From a virus (Duplodnaviria; Caudoviricetes), in IMG/VR virus record IMGVR_UViG_3300043443_000097, positions 1 through 43,906 of that record: a DNA stretch of 43,906 nucleotides; one strand, 5' to 3'. Position numbers and translations under genes: made by a program. Of the stretch, positions 16,561 through 27,362 are shown piece by piece (position 1 is the stretch's first letter; every line of letters begins with the position of its first letter). Under the pieces are notes generated by a model, which was not told the DNA's origin, did no database searches, and saw nothing but the letters and a program-made list of their open reading frames with translations.

Positions 16561-17271
16561 ATGTCTACATATCTTTCTTTAACGAATGAATTGCTACGAA
16601 GAATGGGTGAAGTCACTTTGGACTCCACCGAATTCGATGGAGCTAGAAACATCCAGTCTCTAGCAAAGAATGCTATCAATTCATCCGTTAGAGAATTGAT
16701 GCACTCTGCACAGGAGTGGCCTTTTGCTTTAACTACCAAGACACAGACAATGACTGTAGGTATAGGAACATATTCCTTTCCTGCTGACACTTCTAGTGTT
16801 GATTGGGAAAGCTTCTACCTCAAGAAACTAGCAGCAGCAGATAATGATCCTACTCGTTTATCTGTTCTTACTTACACAGACTACCTAGACAACTATCGTC
16901 CCGGTGAGGACATGAATGGTACTGGTGGTTATGGTCCTGCTATTTCTGTATATCAAACACAAGATTCTAAGTTTGGTGTAACTCCTATTCCTGATCAGGC
17001 TTATGAAATTGAATATAAGTATTGGTCTTTCCCTGCTGACTTGATTGAGTCTACAGATGTTTGCATTGTTCCTGATAGATTTACCAGTGTGTTGATTGAT
17101 GGTGCTATGTTCTATATGCTCATGTTCAGATCTAATGAACAAGGCGCTTCAATCTATAAAGATAAGTTTGATGTTGGCATTAGAACAATGCGTAGGCTTT
17201 TGTTAGATGAGCCTTTGTACATGCGTTCAACAATGATTGTTAAACCATCCTTCAATCCTAGAGTGTTTTAA
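16561..17271 (+). CDS. Tail adaptor (tail tubular protein A-like)
   Basis: TYLSLTNELLRRMGEV, EWPF and P.PDQAY motifs; position after the head genes. Confidence 0.75.
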   Translation: MSTYLSLTNELLRRMGEVTLDSTEFDGARNIQSLAKNAINSSVRELMHSAQEWPFALTTKTQTMTVGIGTYSFPADTSSVDWESFYLKKLAAADNDPTRLSVLTYTDYLDNYRPGEDMNGTGGYGPAISVYQTQDSKFGVTPIPDQAYEIEYKYWSFPADLIESTDVCIVPDRFTSVLIDGAMFYMLMFRSNEQGASIYKDKFDVGIRTMRRLLLDEPLYMRSTMIVKPSFNPRVF

Positions 17272-18827
17272 TGGCAGATAGAATTAGTGGATTTAAAGTA
17301 ACCTGTATTGGTGGAATGAACACCAATAGGGACGTACTGTCTCAGGGTGAAGAAAGTCCCGGTTCTGCTACACAGCTTATTAATTACGAACCCTCTACCA
17401 CTGGTGGTTATAGAAGGATTAGTGGATATTCTAATAGCTATGGAACTGTAACTGGTACAGGCAATGTGCTTGGTGTATTGGTAGCTGAGAATATTAATGA
17501 TAGTATCTTTGCTTGTCGTAAGCCTTCTGCTGGTACAAACTATTTTTATAAGTGGGTAGCTTCTTCTTCTACTTGGTCGGCTGTTACAACTCCCGGCACT
17601 ATTACAATGGTGGGGGTTAAGAAGGTTAGGTTTACTAAATATAATTGGAACGCTCCTAAGTTTGTATTGACTGATGGTATCAATCCTGCTGCTGTGTATG
17701 ATGGAACTACATACACACAGATTACGCATTCTAACGCTCCTAATTCTCCTAAGTATTCAGCAGCTTTTAAGAATCATTTGTTCTTAGCTGGTGATCCTTC
17801 TGATCCTTACAACTTATATATTTCATCTCCTCTGAATGAAACAGATTTCAATCCAGCTAATGGCGCTGCTGTTATTAATGTGGGATTTGAAATTGTTCAG
17901 ATTAAACAGTTTAGAGATACCTTATACATCTTTGGTAAGAATGCTATCAAGAGTTTAGTAGGTACTAATGTTGCTGACTTTGTTGTAGGTGAAGTCACTA
18001 CAAATTTAGGTTGTGTTGTTCCTGACAGTGTGATAGAACTGGGTGGTAATCTAGTGTTTCTAGGACCAGACGGGTTTAGACCAGTGGCTGGTACGAATAA
18101 GATTGGTGACGTTGAACTTGAAACAATTTCAAAACAAATTCAATTCACTATCACCGCCATCTTACAAGAACTTGTTGCTGGTTCTATTGACCCTGAGACA
18201 TTGAGTTCTGTTGTTATTCGTAAGAAGTCTCAGTTTAGATTGTTCCTTCCTTCTGAAGGAAACTTTGGTTTGTTAGGTGGTTTGCGGGAAAGCGGTGGTA
18301 GTCTTTCTTTTGAATATAGTCAGCTTTATGGTTTTCCAGCTACATGCTCTTCTAGTGGTTATGTAGGAGTTGATGAGATTGTTATTCATGGAGATGCTAA
18401 TGGTAAGGTTCAGAAACAAGAGAGTGGATCTTCTCTTGATTCAGCAGATATATTGAGTGTGTATCAAACACCATTCTATTATTTCCAAGACCCTACGATT
18501 AGAAAGAACTTTTATAACATTTCTACATTCTTGAGAAGTGAAGGATCTACCAGTATTGTCATGGGTGTGGCTTATGACTTTGATGATTCAATAAATGTTT
18601 TCAATCCAGCAAACTTTAACATCTCAACTACTGGTGCTGCTGCTTACTATAATGAAGCTGTCTTTGATAGTGCAGCCATCTATGATGGTAATCCATCACC
18701 AGTAGAGAAGACAAACATTGAAGGCTCTGGATTCTCAGTTGCTTTCAAATATGTGACTAATGATACAAATGCTAGTCATACAATTCAGGGTTTGGTACTG
18801 AATTATTCAATGAATGACAGACGCTAA
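17271..18827 (+). CDS. Tail nozzle/stabilisation protein (beta-propeller)
   Basis: GGMNT, N.EP...GGYRRI.G and LGC...DSV motifs; position. Confidence 0.75.
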   Translation: MADRISGFKVTCIGGMNTNRDVLSQGEESPGSATQLINYEPSTTGGYRRISGYSNSYGTVTGTGNVLGVLVAENINDSIFACRKPSAGTNYFYKWVASSSTWSAVTTPGTITMVGVKKVRFTKYNWNAPKFVLTDGINPAAVYDGTTYTQITHSNAPNSPKYSAAFKNHLFLAGDPSDPYNLYISSPLNETDFNPANGAAVINVGFEIVQIKQFRDTLYIFGKNAIKSLVGTNVADFVVGEVTTNLGCVVPDSVIELGGNLVFLGPDGFRPVAGTNKIGDVELETISKQIQFTITAILQELVAGSIDPETLSSVVIRKKSQFRLFLPSEGNFGLLGGLRESGGSLSFEYSQLYGFPATCSSSGYVGVDEIVIHGDANGKVQKQESGSSLDSADILSVYQTPFYYFQDPTIRKNFYNISTFLRSEGSTSIVMGVAYDFDDSINVFNPANFNISTTGAAAYYNEAVFDSAAIYDGNPSPVEKTNIEGSGFSVAFKYVTNDTNASHTIQGLVLNYSMNDRR

Positions 18828-18838
18828 GGAGAACTACC

Positions 18839-20563
18839 TTGACAGGTTATGTAAGACAATCCGCTGCTGACATCGTACCAACGGCAGTTGTACGGGCAGC
18901 ACCAATTAACAACGAGTACAATGCTCTGCGTGATGCTTTTTCAGTTTCTACTGGTCACAAACATGACGGTACTGCTGCTGAAGGACATCCTGTTCCTGTC
19001 ATTGGTGACAGTGACTTACTAAATAAAATTGCAACAGACACTGTTAATAATAGACACGGTGTGTTTGTTGAAGTTGGTGGTAGTGCAGTAGAGCAGCTTC
19101 GTTTCCAAGACGGTGCTATCGTTCCTGTTACTAACAATGACATTGACTTTGGTACTAGCTCTTACAGATTTAAAGATGGTTATGCAGCAGGTACATTTAC
19201 CTTTGCTGGTATTGTAGTTACTAGTGCTGACATTAATGGTGGCACTATTGATAATACAGTTATTGGTGCTTCTACTCCAGCAGCAGCTACAGTTACAAAC
19301 CTCACTGTAAACACAGCAGCTACTATTGCTTCTGCTGACATTAATGCAGGTACTATTGATGGTGCAGTGATTGGTGGATCTTCTGCTCAAGCAATTACAG
19401 GTACAACAGTTACAGCCACTGTAGGTTTTGTTGGTGGTCTTACTGGTGCAGTTACAGGTAATGTTACTGGTAACTTGACAGGAAATGTTACAGGTAATGT
19501 CACAGGTAATGTTACAGGTAATGTCACAGCTTCCTCTGGTACATCATCTTTCAATGATGTCACTATCAACGGTGGCTTGAACATGAATGCTGGCACTACT
19601 GCCACCATTACCAATCTTACTTCTCCTACAAACTCAGGCGATGCAGCCACTAAAGGATATGTAGATGCTCAGGTAGCCGCTGTTGTTGACGCAGCTCCTG
19701 CTGCTCTTGATACTTTGAATGAGCTTGCAGCAGCTCTAGGTGATGATGCAAATTTTGCTACCACTGTAACAAACTCTATTGCGGCTAAACTACCACTTGC
19801 TGGTGGCACTATGACTGGTGCTATCGCAATGGGTACAAACAAGATTACTGGCTTAGGCAATCCATCATCTAATCAAGATGCTGCTACTAAGACTTATGTA
19901 GACACTGCTGATGCTCTGAAGCTATCTCTTGCTGGTGGCACTATGAGTGGTGCTATTGCAATGGGTACTAATAAGATCACTGGAATGGGTGATCCTACTA
20001 ATGCTCAAGACGCAGCTACTAAGAACTACATTGATGTGTTGTATGGCTCTACAGCTTCTGCTGCTGCTTCTGCAGCGGCTGCTGCAACATCTGCTTCTAA
20101 TGCAGCTACATCAGAAACAAACGCTTCTAACTCAGCAAGCACAGCTTCTACTGCTGCTACCAATGCTGCAGCTAGTTACGATGCTTTTGATGATAGATAC
20201 TTAGGAAGCAAGAGTTCTGCGCCATCTGTAGATAATGATGGCAACACTCTTCTTGTTGGTGCTTTGTATTGGAATAACAGCAACAACACTTTAAATCTTT
20301 GGACTGGTTCTGCGTGGACTCAAGCAGCATTTACAGCGGCTGGCTTTGCCACTCTAACTGGTGCAGAAACTTTAACAAATAAAACTTTAACTGCTCCAGT
20401 ATTGACTACACCAAACATCACAACTGGTTTGCAATTGTCTGGCTCTGATGGTACAGCAGGTCAAGCACTTCTTTCTCAAGGTACTGGCGCTGCTCCTGTT
20501 TGGGGAACTGCTGGTGTATCAGCAGGTAAGGCAATTGCTTTCGCTATGGTTATGGGCTTCTAA
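18839..20563 (+). CDS. Tail fibre protein (proximal)
   Basis: TTG start with RBS AAGGAG; GHKHDG, TGNV repeats, DAATK.YVD repeats and LDTLNELAAALGDD. Confidence 0.8.
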   Translation: MTGYVRQSAADIVPTAVVRAAPINNEYNALRDAFSVSTGHKHDGTAAEGHPVPVIGDSDLLNKIATDTVNNRHGVFVEVGGSAVEQLRFQDGAIVPVTNNDIDFGTSSYRFKDGYAAGTFTFAGIVVTSADINGGTIDNTVIGASTPAAATVTNLTVNTAATIASADINAGTIDGAVIGGSSAQAITGTTVTATVGFVGGLTGAVTGNVTGNLTGNVTGNVTGNVTGNVTASSGTSSFNDVTINGGLNMNAGTTATITNLTSPTNSGDAATKGYVDAQVAAVVDAAPAALDTLNELAAALGDDANFATTVTNSIAAKLPLAGGTMTGAIAMGTNKITGLGNPSSNQDAATKTYVDTADALKLSLAGGTMSGAIAMGTNKITGMGDPTNAQDAATKNYIDVLYGSTASAAASAAAAATSASNAATSETNASNSASTASTAATNAAASYDAFDDRYLGSKSSAPSVDNDGNTLLVGALYWNNSNNTLNLWTGSAWTQAAFTAAGFATLTGAETLTNKTLTAPVLTTPNITTGLQLSGSDGTAGQALLSQGTGAAPVWGTAGVSAGKAIAFAMVMGF

Positions 20564-20572
20564 GGAAAATTT

Positions 20573-20968
20573 ATGGCAAATCCAAATATCACCAATGTAT
20601 CAGCCATTTATGGCAACACAACTTATCTAACTCCATCAGTCACAACTGCTGTAGTTTTGTTACCTAATGCTGCATCTAGCGGCAAGGTCTACAAGATTAA
20701 TCAGATTGTTGCTGCTAATGTTGATGGAACAAATGCAGTTAATGCAACTGTATCTATCTATACCAATGGTGCTGTAGCTCAAGGCTCTGCTCCTAGTGGT
20801 GGTACTGCATACCCAATTGCATCCACTATCTCTGTTCCTGCAAATGCTTCATTGATTGTTGCTGACAAGACCACTGCAATTTACTTGCAAGAAGGCACTT
20901 CAATTGTTGTTACATCTGGAACAGCAAGTAAGATTACTTACAGCATTAGCTACGAAGACATTAGCTAA
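20573..20968 (+). CDS. Tail-associated beta-sandwich protein
   Basis: MANPNI..V and VANVDG motifs; within the fibre module. Confidence 0.75.
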   Translation: MANPNITNVSAIYGNTTYLTPSVTTAVVLLPNAASSGKVYKINQIVAANVDGTNAVNATVSIYTNGAVAQGSAPSGGTAYPIASTISVPANASLIVADKTTAIYLQEGTSIVVTSGTASKITYSISYEDIS

Positions 20969-20979
20969 GGAGTAGCGCT

Positions 20980-22134
20980 ATGTCAATGCGTTACAAAGGT
21001 GGGTTTGTAAGTAATACTTATAACGGATTCTTAGCTCCTGACGCACCTACTATTGGTGCTGTTAGTCTTGCTGGTTCTGGGACAGTATCTGTTGCTTTTA
21101 CAGCTCCTACAAATATTGGTGGTAGTGCTATTACTGGATATAGAGTAGTTTCTTCTAATGGTATTTCTGCTAGTGGTAGCTCTTCACCTATTACAGTTAG
21201 TGGATTAACTAATGGAACTTCTTACACTTTTAGAGCCATTGCAGTAAATGCTTATGGTGAAAGTCCTGCAAGCAATGCAAGTAGTAGCATTACTCCAGTA
21301 AACATAGTTTCATCTGTTGAGTATCTTGTTGTTGCTGGTGGCGGTGGCGGTGGATCAGGCCGTGGTGCTGGTGGCTCAGGTGCTGGTGGATATTTAACAG
21401 CAACTAATTTTGCTGTTGCTTCTGGCACTGCACTTACAGTTACTGTTGGTGCTGGAGGTGCTGGCTCAAATTCACAAGATCCCGGTACTGGAGCAAAAGG
21501 ATCTAATTCTGTTTTCTCTACTATCACTGCTACAGGTGGTGGACAGGGAACAGGTGGTACTGCTTACCCCGGAGCTGACTCAGGAGCTGGTGGTAGCGGA
21601 GGCTCTGGAGGTGGCTCTGCTGGATCAATGACTTCTGTTGGTGCAGGTGGTGCAGCTTCTCCAGCAGGACAAGGATATGCTGGTGGTGTTGGTTACGGAC
21701 CTACTGGAAATGGAGCTTTCTCTGGTGGTGGCGGTGGTGGTGCTGGTGGAGCTGGTTCAGCCTCCTCTGCTGCTCTTACTGGTGGAAATGGTGGTGTTGG
21801 TTTAGCCTCATCTATCACTGGAACATCTACCTACTACGCAGGTGGTGGTGGAGGAGGCACATACTATGATGGTACTGCTGGAACTGGTGGAACTGGCGGT
21901 GGCGGTAATGGCGGTAGGAACTCTGCTGGTAGTGCCGGAACTGCAAACACAGGCGGTGGTGCAGGTGGTGGTTCATATGATAATGCAGGTGGTAATGGAG
22001 GTTCTGGTGTTGTGATTATTCGCTACTCTGATTCATTCCCAGCAGCTACATCTACAACAGGTTCACCAACAATTACTGTTACTGGTGGTTATCGTATTTA
22101 TAAATGGACTTCATCAGGTTCTATCACAATCTAA
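20980..22134 (+). CDS. Fn3 plus glycine-rich domain virion protein
   Basis: APTIG..GGSAITGY..LTNGTSYTF.A.N..G Fn3 pattern; VEYLVVAGGGGG...GGSGVVIIRY. Confidence 0.85.
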   Translation: MSMRYKGGFVSNTYNGFLAPDAPTIGAVSLAGSGTVSVAFTAPTNIGGSAITGYRVVSSNGISASGSSSPITVSGLTNGTSYTFRAIAVNAYGESPASNASSSITPVNIVSSVEYLVVAGGGGGGSGRGAGGSGAGGYLTATNFAVASGTALTVTVGAGGAGSNSQDPGTGAKGSNSVFSTITATGGGQGTGGTAYPGADSGAGGSGGSGGGSAGSMTSVGAGGAASPAGQGYAGGVGYGPTGNGAFSGGGGGGAGGAGSASSAALTGGNGGVGLASSITGTSTYYAGGGGGGTYYDGTAGTGGTGGGGNGGRNSAGSAGTANTGGGAGGGSYDNAGGNGGSGVVIIRYSDSFPAATSTTGSPTITVTGGYRIYKWTSSGSITI

Positions 22135-22145
22135 GGATTTTTTAA

Positions 22146-23132
22146 ATGCCAAATTATTCTGGAATGTGGACAGCTAGAAATCAGCTTCAAGCTAAAGCCG
22201 CTAACACTTGGCCTACTCAACCTGCTCCAGCATCATCTATTGATGTTTTAGTTGTTGCTGGCGGTGGTGGTGGTGGATTTTTTATTGCTGGTGGTGGCGG
22301 GGCTGGTGGATTAAGTTATCAAACTAGTAGATCAGTTTCTTCAGGATCAACATACACAGTAACTGTTGGTGCTGGAGGTGCAGGAGCTACTAGCAATGGA
22401 AATGGTGCAGCGGGTGCAAATAGTGTTTTTGACACTATTACATCTAATGGTGGTGGAGGTGGCTCTAGTGCTTCTGCTGCTGGATCTGGTGGTTCTGGGG
22501 GTGGTGGTACATACTCTACTTATCAAACAGGTGCTGCAGCTACACAAGGAAACACTGGCGGTGCAACTGGATATGGTTTTGCTGGTGGTAATGGAACGCT
22601 TACAAGTGGTCAATATGCTGCCGCTGGTGGTGGTGGTGCTGGCGCTGTTGGTTCTAATGGAGCATTAAGCAATGGTGGTATTGGAGGCAATGGTGGTATA
22701 GGTCGCCAATATGACATTTCTGGAACTTCTTTATATTATTCTGGTGGTGGCGGTGGAGCTGGTGGATCAGATAGTGCAAGAAATGAGACTGGTGGTAATG
22801 GTGGCTCTGGCGGTGGTGGCGGTGGTGGCTTATACAGAAATAACTCAGGATCGCATACCGCAGGTACAGGTGGATCAAATGGTGGCTCAAACGCTACTTT
22901 AGCTACAGGCGCTGGTGGTGCTGGAGGTGCTAACTCTGGTGGTGGCGGTGGTGGCGGTGGCGGTAATGGAGGAGCAAGCTCTGGTGGTGGAACTGGTGGT
23001 TCTGGTGTGGTAATTTTAAGATATCCAGATACATATGATGCTGCCCTTTCTACGACAGGATCGCCTACAATTACAGTGACAGGTGGATATAGAATTTACA
23101 AATTCACTTCATCTGGTTCAATTACATTCTGA
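22146..23132 (+). CDS. Glycine-rich domain virion protein
   Basis: VLVVAGGGGGG...GGSGVVILRY; paralogue of the previous gene. Confidence 0.85.
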   Translation: MPNYSGMWTARNQLQAKAANTWPTQPAPASSIDVLVVAGGGGGGFFIAGGGGAGGLSYQTSRSVSSGSTYTVTVGAGGAGATSNGNGAAGANSVFDTITSNGGGGGSSASAAGSGGSGGGGTYSTYQTGAAATQGNTGGATGYGFAGGNGTLTSGQYAAAGGGGAGAVGSNGALSNGGIGGNGGIGRQYDISGTSLYYSGGGGGAGGSDSARNETGGNGGSGGGGGGGLYRNNSGSHTAGTGGSNGGSNATLATGAGGAGGANSGGGGGGGGGNGGASSGGGTGGSGVVILRYPDTYDAALSTTGSPTITVTGGYRIYKFTSSGSITF

Positions 23133-23141
23133 GGATTTTAA

Positions 23142-23630
23142 ATGGCACATTATGCACAAGTAATATATGGAATTGTTCATCGAGTAATTGTTGCTGAACA
23201 AGATGTTATTGACTCTGGTATCTTTGGTGAGGGATGGGTTCAGACTTCTTACAACACTTATGGTGGTGTTCATAAAAATGGTGGTACACCTTTGCGTAAA
23301 AACTATGCAGGTGTTGGTTATCTGTATGATGAATCTCGTGATGCCTTTATTCCACCAAAACCTTTTCGTAGTTGGGTATTGAATGAAGACACTTGTCTGT
23401 GGGATGCTCCTACGCCTAAGCCTACTGATGATCAACTTTATTATTGGGATGAAGCTACATTAAGTTGGATTATTCAAGAAGAGATTGAATTAACAGAAGA
23501 AGAACCTACAATTACTTTAAGCACTAACGAAGCTGACAGTGTTGTTAGCGCAGACACTGTAATAGTTTTAGATGGTAACGAGGCTGATAGCATCTCTGGC
23601 GGTGCAGACTCAGTTAATGGAGCAGCTTAA
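23142..23630 (+). CDS. Tail fibre-associated protein (MAHYA...WVQTSYN...RKNYAG.GY.YD..RDAFIPPKP)
   Basis: Family usually adjacent to glycine-rich fibre genes; acidic C-terminal extension. Confidence 0.8.
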   Translation: MAHYAQVIYGIVHRVIVAEQDVIDSGIFGEGWVQTSYNTYGGVHKNGGTPLRKNYAGVGYLYDESRDAFIPPKPFRSWVLNEDTCLWDAPTPKPTDDQLYYWDEATLSWIIQEEIELTEEEPTITLSTNEADSVVSADTVIVLDGNEADSISGGADSVNGAA

Positions 23631-26600
23631 TGTCAAAGCAATATCCTGCTGGAATAATTTCTAAGAATGCTGTAGTCCCTGCGGGGCCTTATAGAGATAG
23701 CGCTGCCTCTGGAATTTGGACACTTGATCAACAGGCTTACTGGAGTAAACAAGGACTATGGCCTATTGCTGGTAACAGAAGTCCTGATCCATATTTTGAA
23801 AATGTGGTTGCTTTGCTTAGTGGTAATGGTTCATTATCTGGTAGTACAGATGTCTTACCATTTGACTCTGACGCATCAACTAACAACTTTAATCTCTCCA
23901 TTGTTGGTGACCCTCAGCCTAATAACTTTACACCTTATCAAGGTAATGGCTATTACAGCAACTACTTTGATGGATCTGGCGATACTTTAAATACAGCATC
24001 AAATGCAGCATTTGGTTTTGGATCAGGTGCTTGGACATTTGAAGCATGGGTATATCCAACTGCCGCACAAACAGATAACTGGATCATTGCAACAAATGAC
24101 GCAGGTAAGTTGCGTATGCGTGTACACACTAGTGGGTATTTAAGTTTCTATACAGATACTGGAAACATAAGCCTTAACTCAACGACAGTTGTGACAGTTA
24201 ATGCGTGGAGTCATGTGGCTATTTGTTACGATGGCACTACATTAAGTCTTTTCCAAAATGGAACTAGAACGGCAACATCAACTGTTAGCATTAGCAATGG
24301 TTCAGCAAACGCCTGTTACATTGGAAGCAATACTATTGGTGGTGGTTATTGGAATGGTTATATCTCTAACGCACGAGTTGTTAAAGGATCTGCTGTGTAT
24401 TCTGGAGCAACATATACTGTTCCAACTACACCGTTGACAGCAATATCAGGTACAAGCCTTTTAACTTGCCAGTCCAATCGTTTTATTGATAACAGCACAA
24501 ACACTTTCACCCTTACGGTCAGCGGCAACACATCTATTGCTTCCGCCCAACCATTCACTCTGCCAAGCAGTGTGGCTACATATGGCTCTGGGTACTTCAG
24601 TGGGGCAGCAGGAAGTTATTTAGAAACCCCATACAACTCAGCTTTAGACGCTTCAACAGGGGCATTTACTTATGAAGCTTGGTTGAATCCAAGCACAGCC
24701 ACTAATAAACAATACCTTGGTGGAAGTGTAACAAACGGATTTTTTGCATTTATTGGAAGCGGTACGATATTTGTAGGCAGAAACAATGTTGCTGTTGACT
24801 TTACATCAAACGCAACTATAAAAATAAACCAATGGAATCATGTTGTAATTGTTAGAAATTCATCTAATAACATTGCAATCTTTATTAATGGATCTAGGGA
24901 GTATTACGCTGCTAGTAATACAAACAATTATGGCTTGGCATCTAACTCTTTAAGAATTGGCGTTGCTACCACAGGCTCTAGTTACGAATACAACGGATAT
25001 ATTTCTGATGTAAGAATTGCTAAGTCGGCTTTATATGATCCAACAGCCTCCACTATTACAATACCTACAACACCTTTAACAGCGGGTAGCGCAGGTCTAC
25101 TCACCACTCAATACAACGGGGCTGGAAACAACAACGGCTTTAAAGACAGCAGCCAGAATAATTTTACGATTACTCGCAACGGCAATACTGCACAAGGAAC
25201 ATTTAGTCCTTATGGTAGTAATTGGTCAAATTACTTTGACGGGTCTGGCGATTATTTGTCCACGCCATCAAGTTCAGGGTTTGCTTTTGGTACTGGCGAC
25301 TTTACTGTTGAAGCATGGATAAATACAAATATTCTTACAGGTGAAAAAGGATTTATTCAAACTTCTGCTACAGCAGGGGGTTTACAAACATCGTACACAG
25401 ATGGTGTTATTGCAGTTGTTGCCGCTGGAGCAGGTTCTTATACAATTAATGTCAATATAGGTGGAACAAACATTGGTGGTAGTATTCCAATAACTACAGG
25501 AACTTGGTATCACGTTGCATTTACAAGATCATCTGGTAGCGTAAGGTTGTTTATCAATGGTGCTTTGGCTGGAGGCCCAACAACTATTACAGCAAATTTA
25601 ACCGGAACGTATGCTTGTGTAGGTGGGTACTACAACGGTTCATATTTATGGAGTGGCTACATTTCTAATTTACGAGTTGTTAAGGGAACTGCTATCTATA
25701 CATCAGCATTTACCCCCAGTACAACACCACTAACAGCTATTAGCGGAACATCGTTGCTTACTTGCGCTGACAACAGATTCATTGATGACAGCACAAACAA
25801 CTTTACCCTCACAAAGAATGGTGACACAAGCGTCCAACGCTTCAGTCCTTTTAATCCTACAGCAGCCTACTCCACAAGCGTGGTTAGTGGCTCTGCATAC
25901 TTTGATGCATCTGGCGATTATTTGAGAACAAGTTCTGGGTCTGTGTATCTTGGTACAAACAACTTCACATTGGAGTGTTGGGTGTATCCTACAACTTCTG
26001 GAGATCAAATTGTTTTTGATTGCCGTAGTGGTAGCAACTCAAACAAACCAACTTTAGGTGTTATTTCTTTACAGCTTGCTTATCAGACTTCTGGTGCAAA
26101 TAGAATTTTGGCTGGCTCTGTTCCACAGAATGCATGGTCACATCTTGCAATTGTGAGGAATAGTAATGTTATATACGCTTATATAAATGGCGTACAAGTT
26201 GGAACTTATTCTGATTCAAGCGATTACGGAACAGTCACTCGGTATCAATTAGGTGCAGATGATGATGGAGGTCCAAATGCTTACTTTGGTGGCTATGTAT
26301 CTGATGCTCGTTTTGTAACTTCTGCTGTTTACACAAGCGCCTTTACGCCACCAACAACACCTCTGACAGCCATCACAAACACATCATTGCTTTGTAATAT
26401 GACCAACGCTGGCATCTTAGACAACGCCATGATGAACGACTTAGAAACTGTGGGTAACGCACAGATTTCTACAAGCGTTAAGAAGTATGGTAGTGCTTCA
26501 ATGTACTTTGATGGGTCTGGGGATTGGTTACAAGCAGCAGGATCTCCTAATCCAAATAGAGCCTTTGGTACTGGTGATTTTACTGTTGAGATGTGGGTAT

Positions 26601-27001
26601 ATCCTACACAACTAAACTCATCAACTGATTACAACTTGATTGATTTTAGATCAGGAGGTACAACTACTGGTTTTAGAATTGGAATTAACGGCTCGACTAT
26701 TCCTTTTGTTGCAGCAGTAGGTGGTATTCTAAATGGATCATTTACATTCTCTACAAATACTTGGTATCACTTTGCTGTAACTCGTTCAAGCGGGACTTTG
26801 ACTATTTGGATAAATGGAACTAGCGCTGGTTCAAACACAACCACAACTAATTTCACTGATTCATATTTGTTAATTGGTTCTTCTGCAGCTTCTAACATTG
26901 GACCATATTTTGGTTACATAGATGACTTACGCATTACTAAAGGAGTGGCTCGATATACAACCACGTTCACGCCACCAATTGAACCTTTCATTAATTTTTA
27001 A
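23630..27001 (+). CDS. Multi-LamG (concanavalin A-like) receptor-binding or tail protein
   Basis: Five repeats of YFDGSGD..FT.E.W..W.H.A..R...GYI...R. Confidence 0.85.
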   Translation: MSKQYPAGIISKNAVVPAGPYRDSAASGIWTLDQQAYWSKQGLWPIAGNRSPDPYFENVVALLSGNGSLSGSTDVLPFDSDASTNNFNLSIVGDPQPNNFTPYQGNGYYSNYFDGSGDTLNTASNAAFGFGSGAWTFEAWVYPTAAQTDNWIIATNDAGKLRMRVHTSGYLSFYTDTGNISLNSTTVVTVNAWSHVAICYDGTTLSLFQNGTRTATSTVSISNGSANACYIGSNTIGGGYWNGYISNARVVKGSAVYSGATYTVPTTPLTAISGTSLLTCQSNRFIDNSTNTFTLTVSGNTSIASAQPFTLPSSVATYGSGYFSGAAGSYLETPYNSALDASTGAFTYEAWLNPSTATNKQYLGGSVTNGFFAFIGSGTIFVGRNNVAVDFTSNATIKINQWNHVVIVRNSSNNIAIFINGSREYYAASNTNNYGLASNSLRIGVATTGSSYEYNGYISDVRIAKSALYDPTASTITIPTTPLTAGSAGLLTTQYNGAGNNNGFKDSSQNNFTITRNGNTAQGTFSPYGSNWSNYFDGSGDYLSTPSSSGFAFGTGDFTVEAWINTNILTGEKGFIQTSATAGGLQTSYTDGVIAVVAAGAGSYTINVNIGGTNIGGSIPITTGTWYHVAFTRSSGSVRLFINGALAGGPTTITANLTGTYACVGGYYNGSYLWSGYISNLRVVKGTAIYTSAFTPSTTPLTAISGTSLLTCADNRFIDDSTNNFTLTKNGDTSVQRFSPFNPTAAYSTSVVSGSAYFDASGDYLRTSSGSVYLGTNNFTLECWVYPTTSGDQIVFDCRSGSNSNKPTLGVISLQLAYQTSGANRILAGSVPQNAWSHLAIVRNSNVIYAYINGVQVGTYSDSSDYGTVTRYQLGADDDGGPNAYFGGYVSDARFVTSAVYTSAFTPPTTPLTAITNTSLLCNMTNAGILDNAMMNDLETVGNAQISTSVKKYGSASMYFDGSGDWLQAAGSPNPNRAFGTGDFTVEMWVYPTQLNSSTDYNLIDFRSGGTTTGFRIGINGSTIPFVAAVGGILNGSFTFSTNTWYHFAVTRSSGTLTIWINGTSAGSNTTTTNFTDSYLLIGSSAASNIGPYFGYIDDLRITKGVARYTTTFTPPIEPFINF

Positions 27002-27003
27002 TC

Positions 27004-27231
27004 ATGAACAAAGAAATAAGCCACGAACAAATTTATGAACGCCTATGTGCTGTTGAGTCCAAGGTTGATACCCTAGACGAAAACACTAAGGCTATTGTGG
27101 CTGCATTCGGTGCAGCTCAAGGAGCCTTCCAAGTGTTGGAATGGATTGCCAAAGCTGTTAAACCTTTGATAGTCATTGGTGCTTTCTTCGGTGCTATATG
27201 GCTTGCTGTAGAAAACAAGCTACATCAGTAG
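27004..27231 (+). CDS. Small coiled-coil plus TM protein (holin-like)
   Basis: 75 aa with a C-terminal hydrophobic helix. Confidence 0.65.
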   Translation: MNKEISHEQIYERLCAVESKVDTLDENTKAIVAAFGAAQGAFQVLEWIAKAVKPLIVIGAFFGAIWLAVENKLHQ

Positions 27232-27362
27232 CATTAATATTTTTATTATCTTTCCCTGTTGCTTCCAAGGAGGAGAAGTATAGATGTGTCCGATGGACAT
27301 GGAAGCAAGTAGATGGTAAGACATATGTCACCTGTCTACAATGGAAGAAGGTGGATAAATGA
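27198..27362 (+). CDS. Small secreted Cys/Trp protein (YRCVRWTW...TCLQWKK)
   Basis: Manual translation, 54 aa, signal-like hydrophobic stretch; stop overlaps the next ATG. Confidence 0.55.
   Translation: MACCRKQATSVALIFLLSFPVASKEEKYRCVRWTWKQVDGKTYVTCLQWKKVDK

Noticed and set aside
22000-23132. Possible DGR template/variable repeat pair at the ends of the two glycine-rich genes
   Set aside because: Differences are mostly synonymous and not adenine-specific; no reverse transcriptase in the window.
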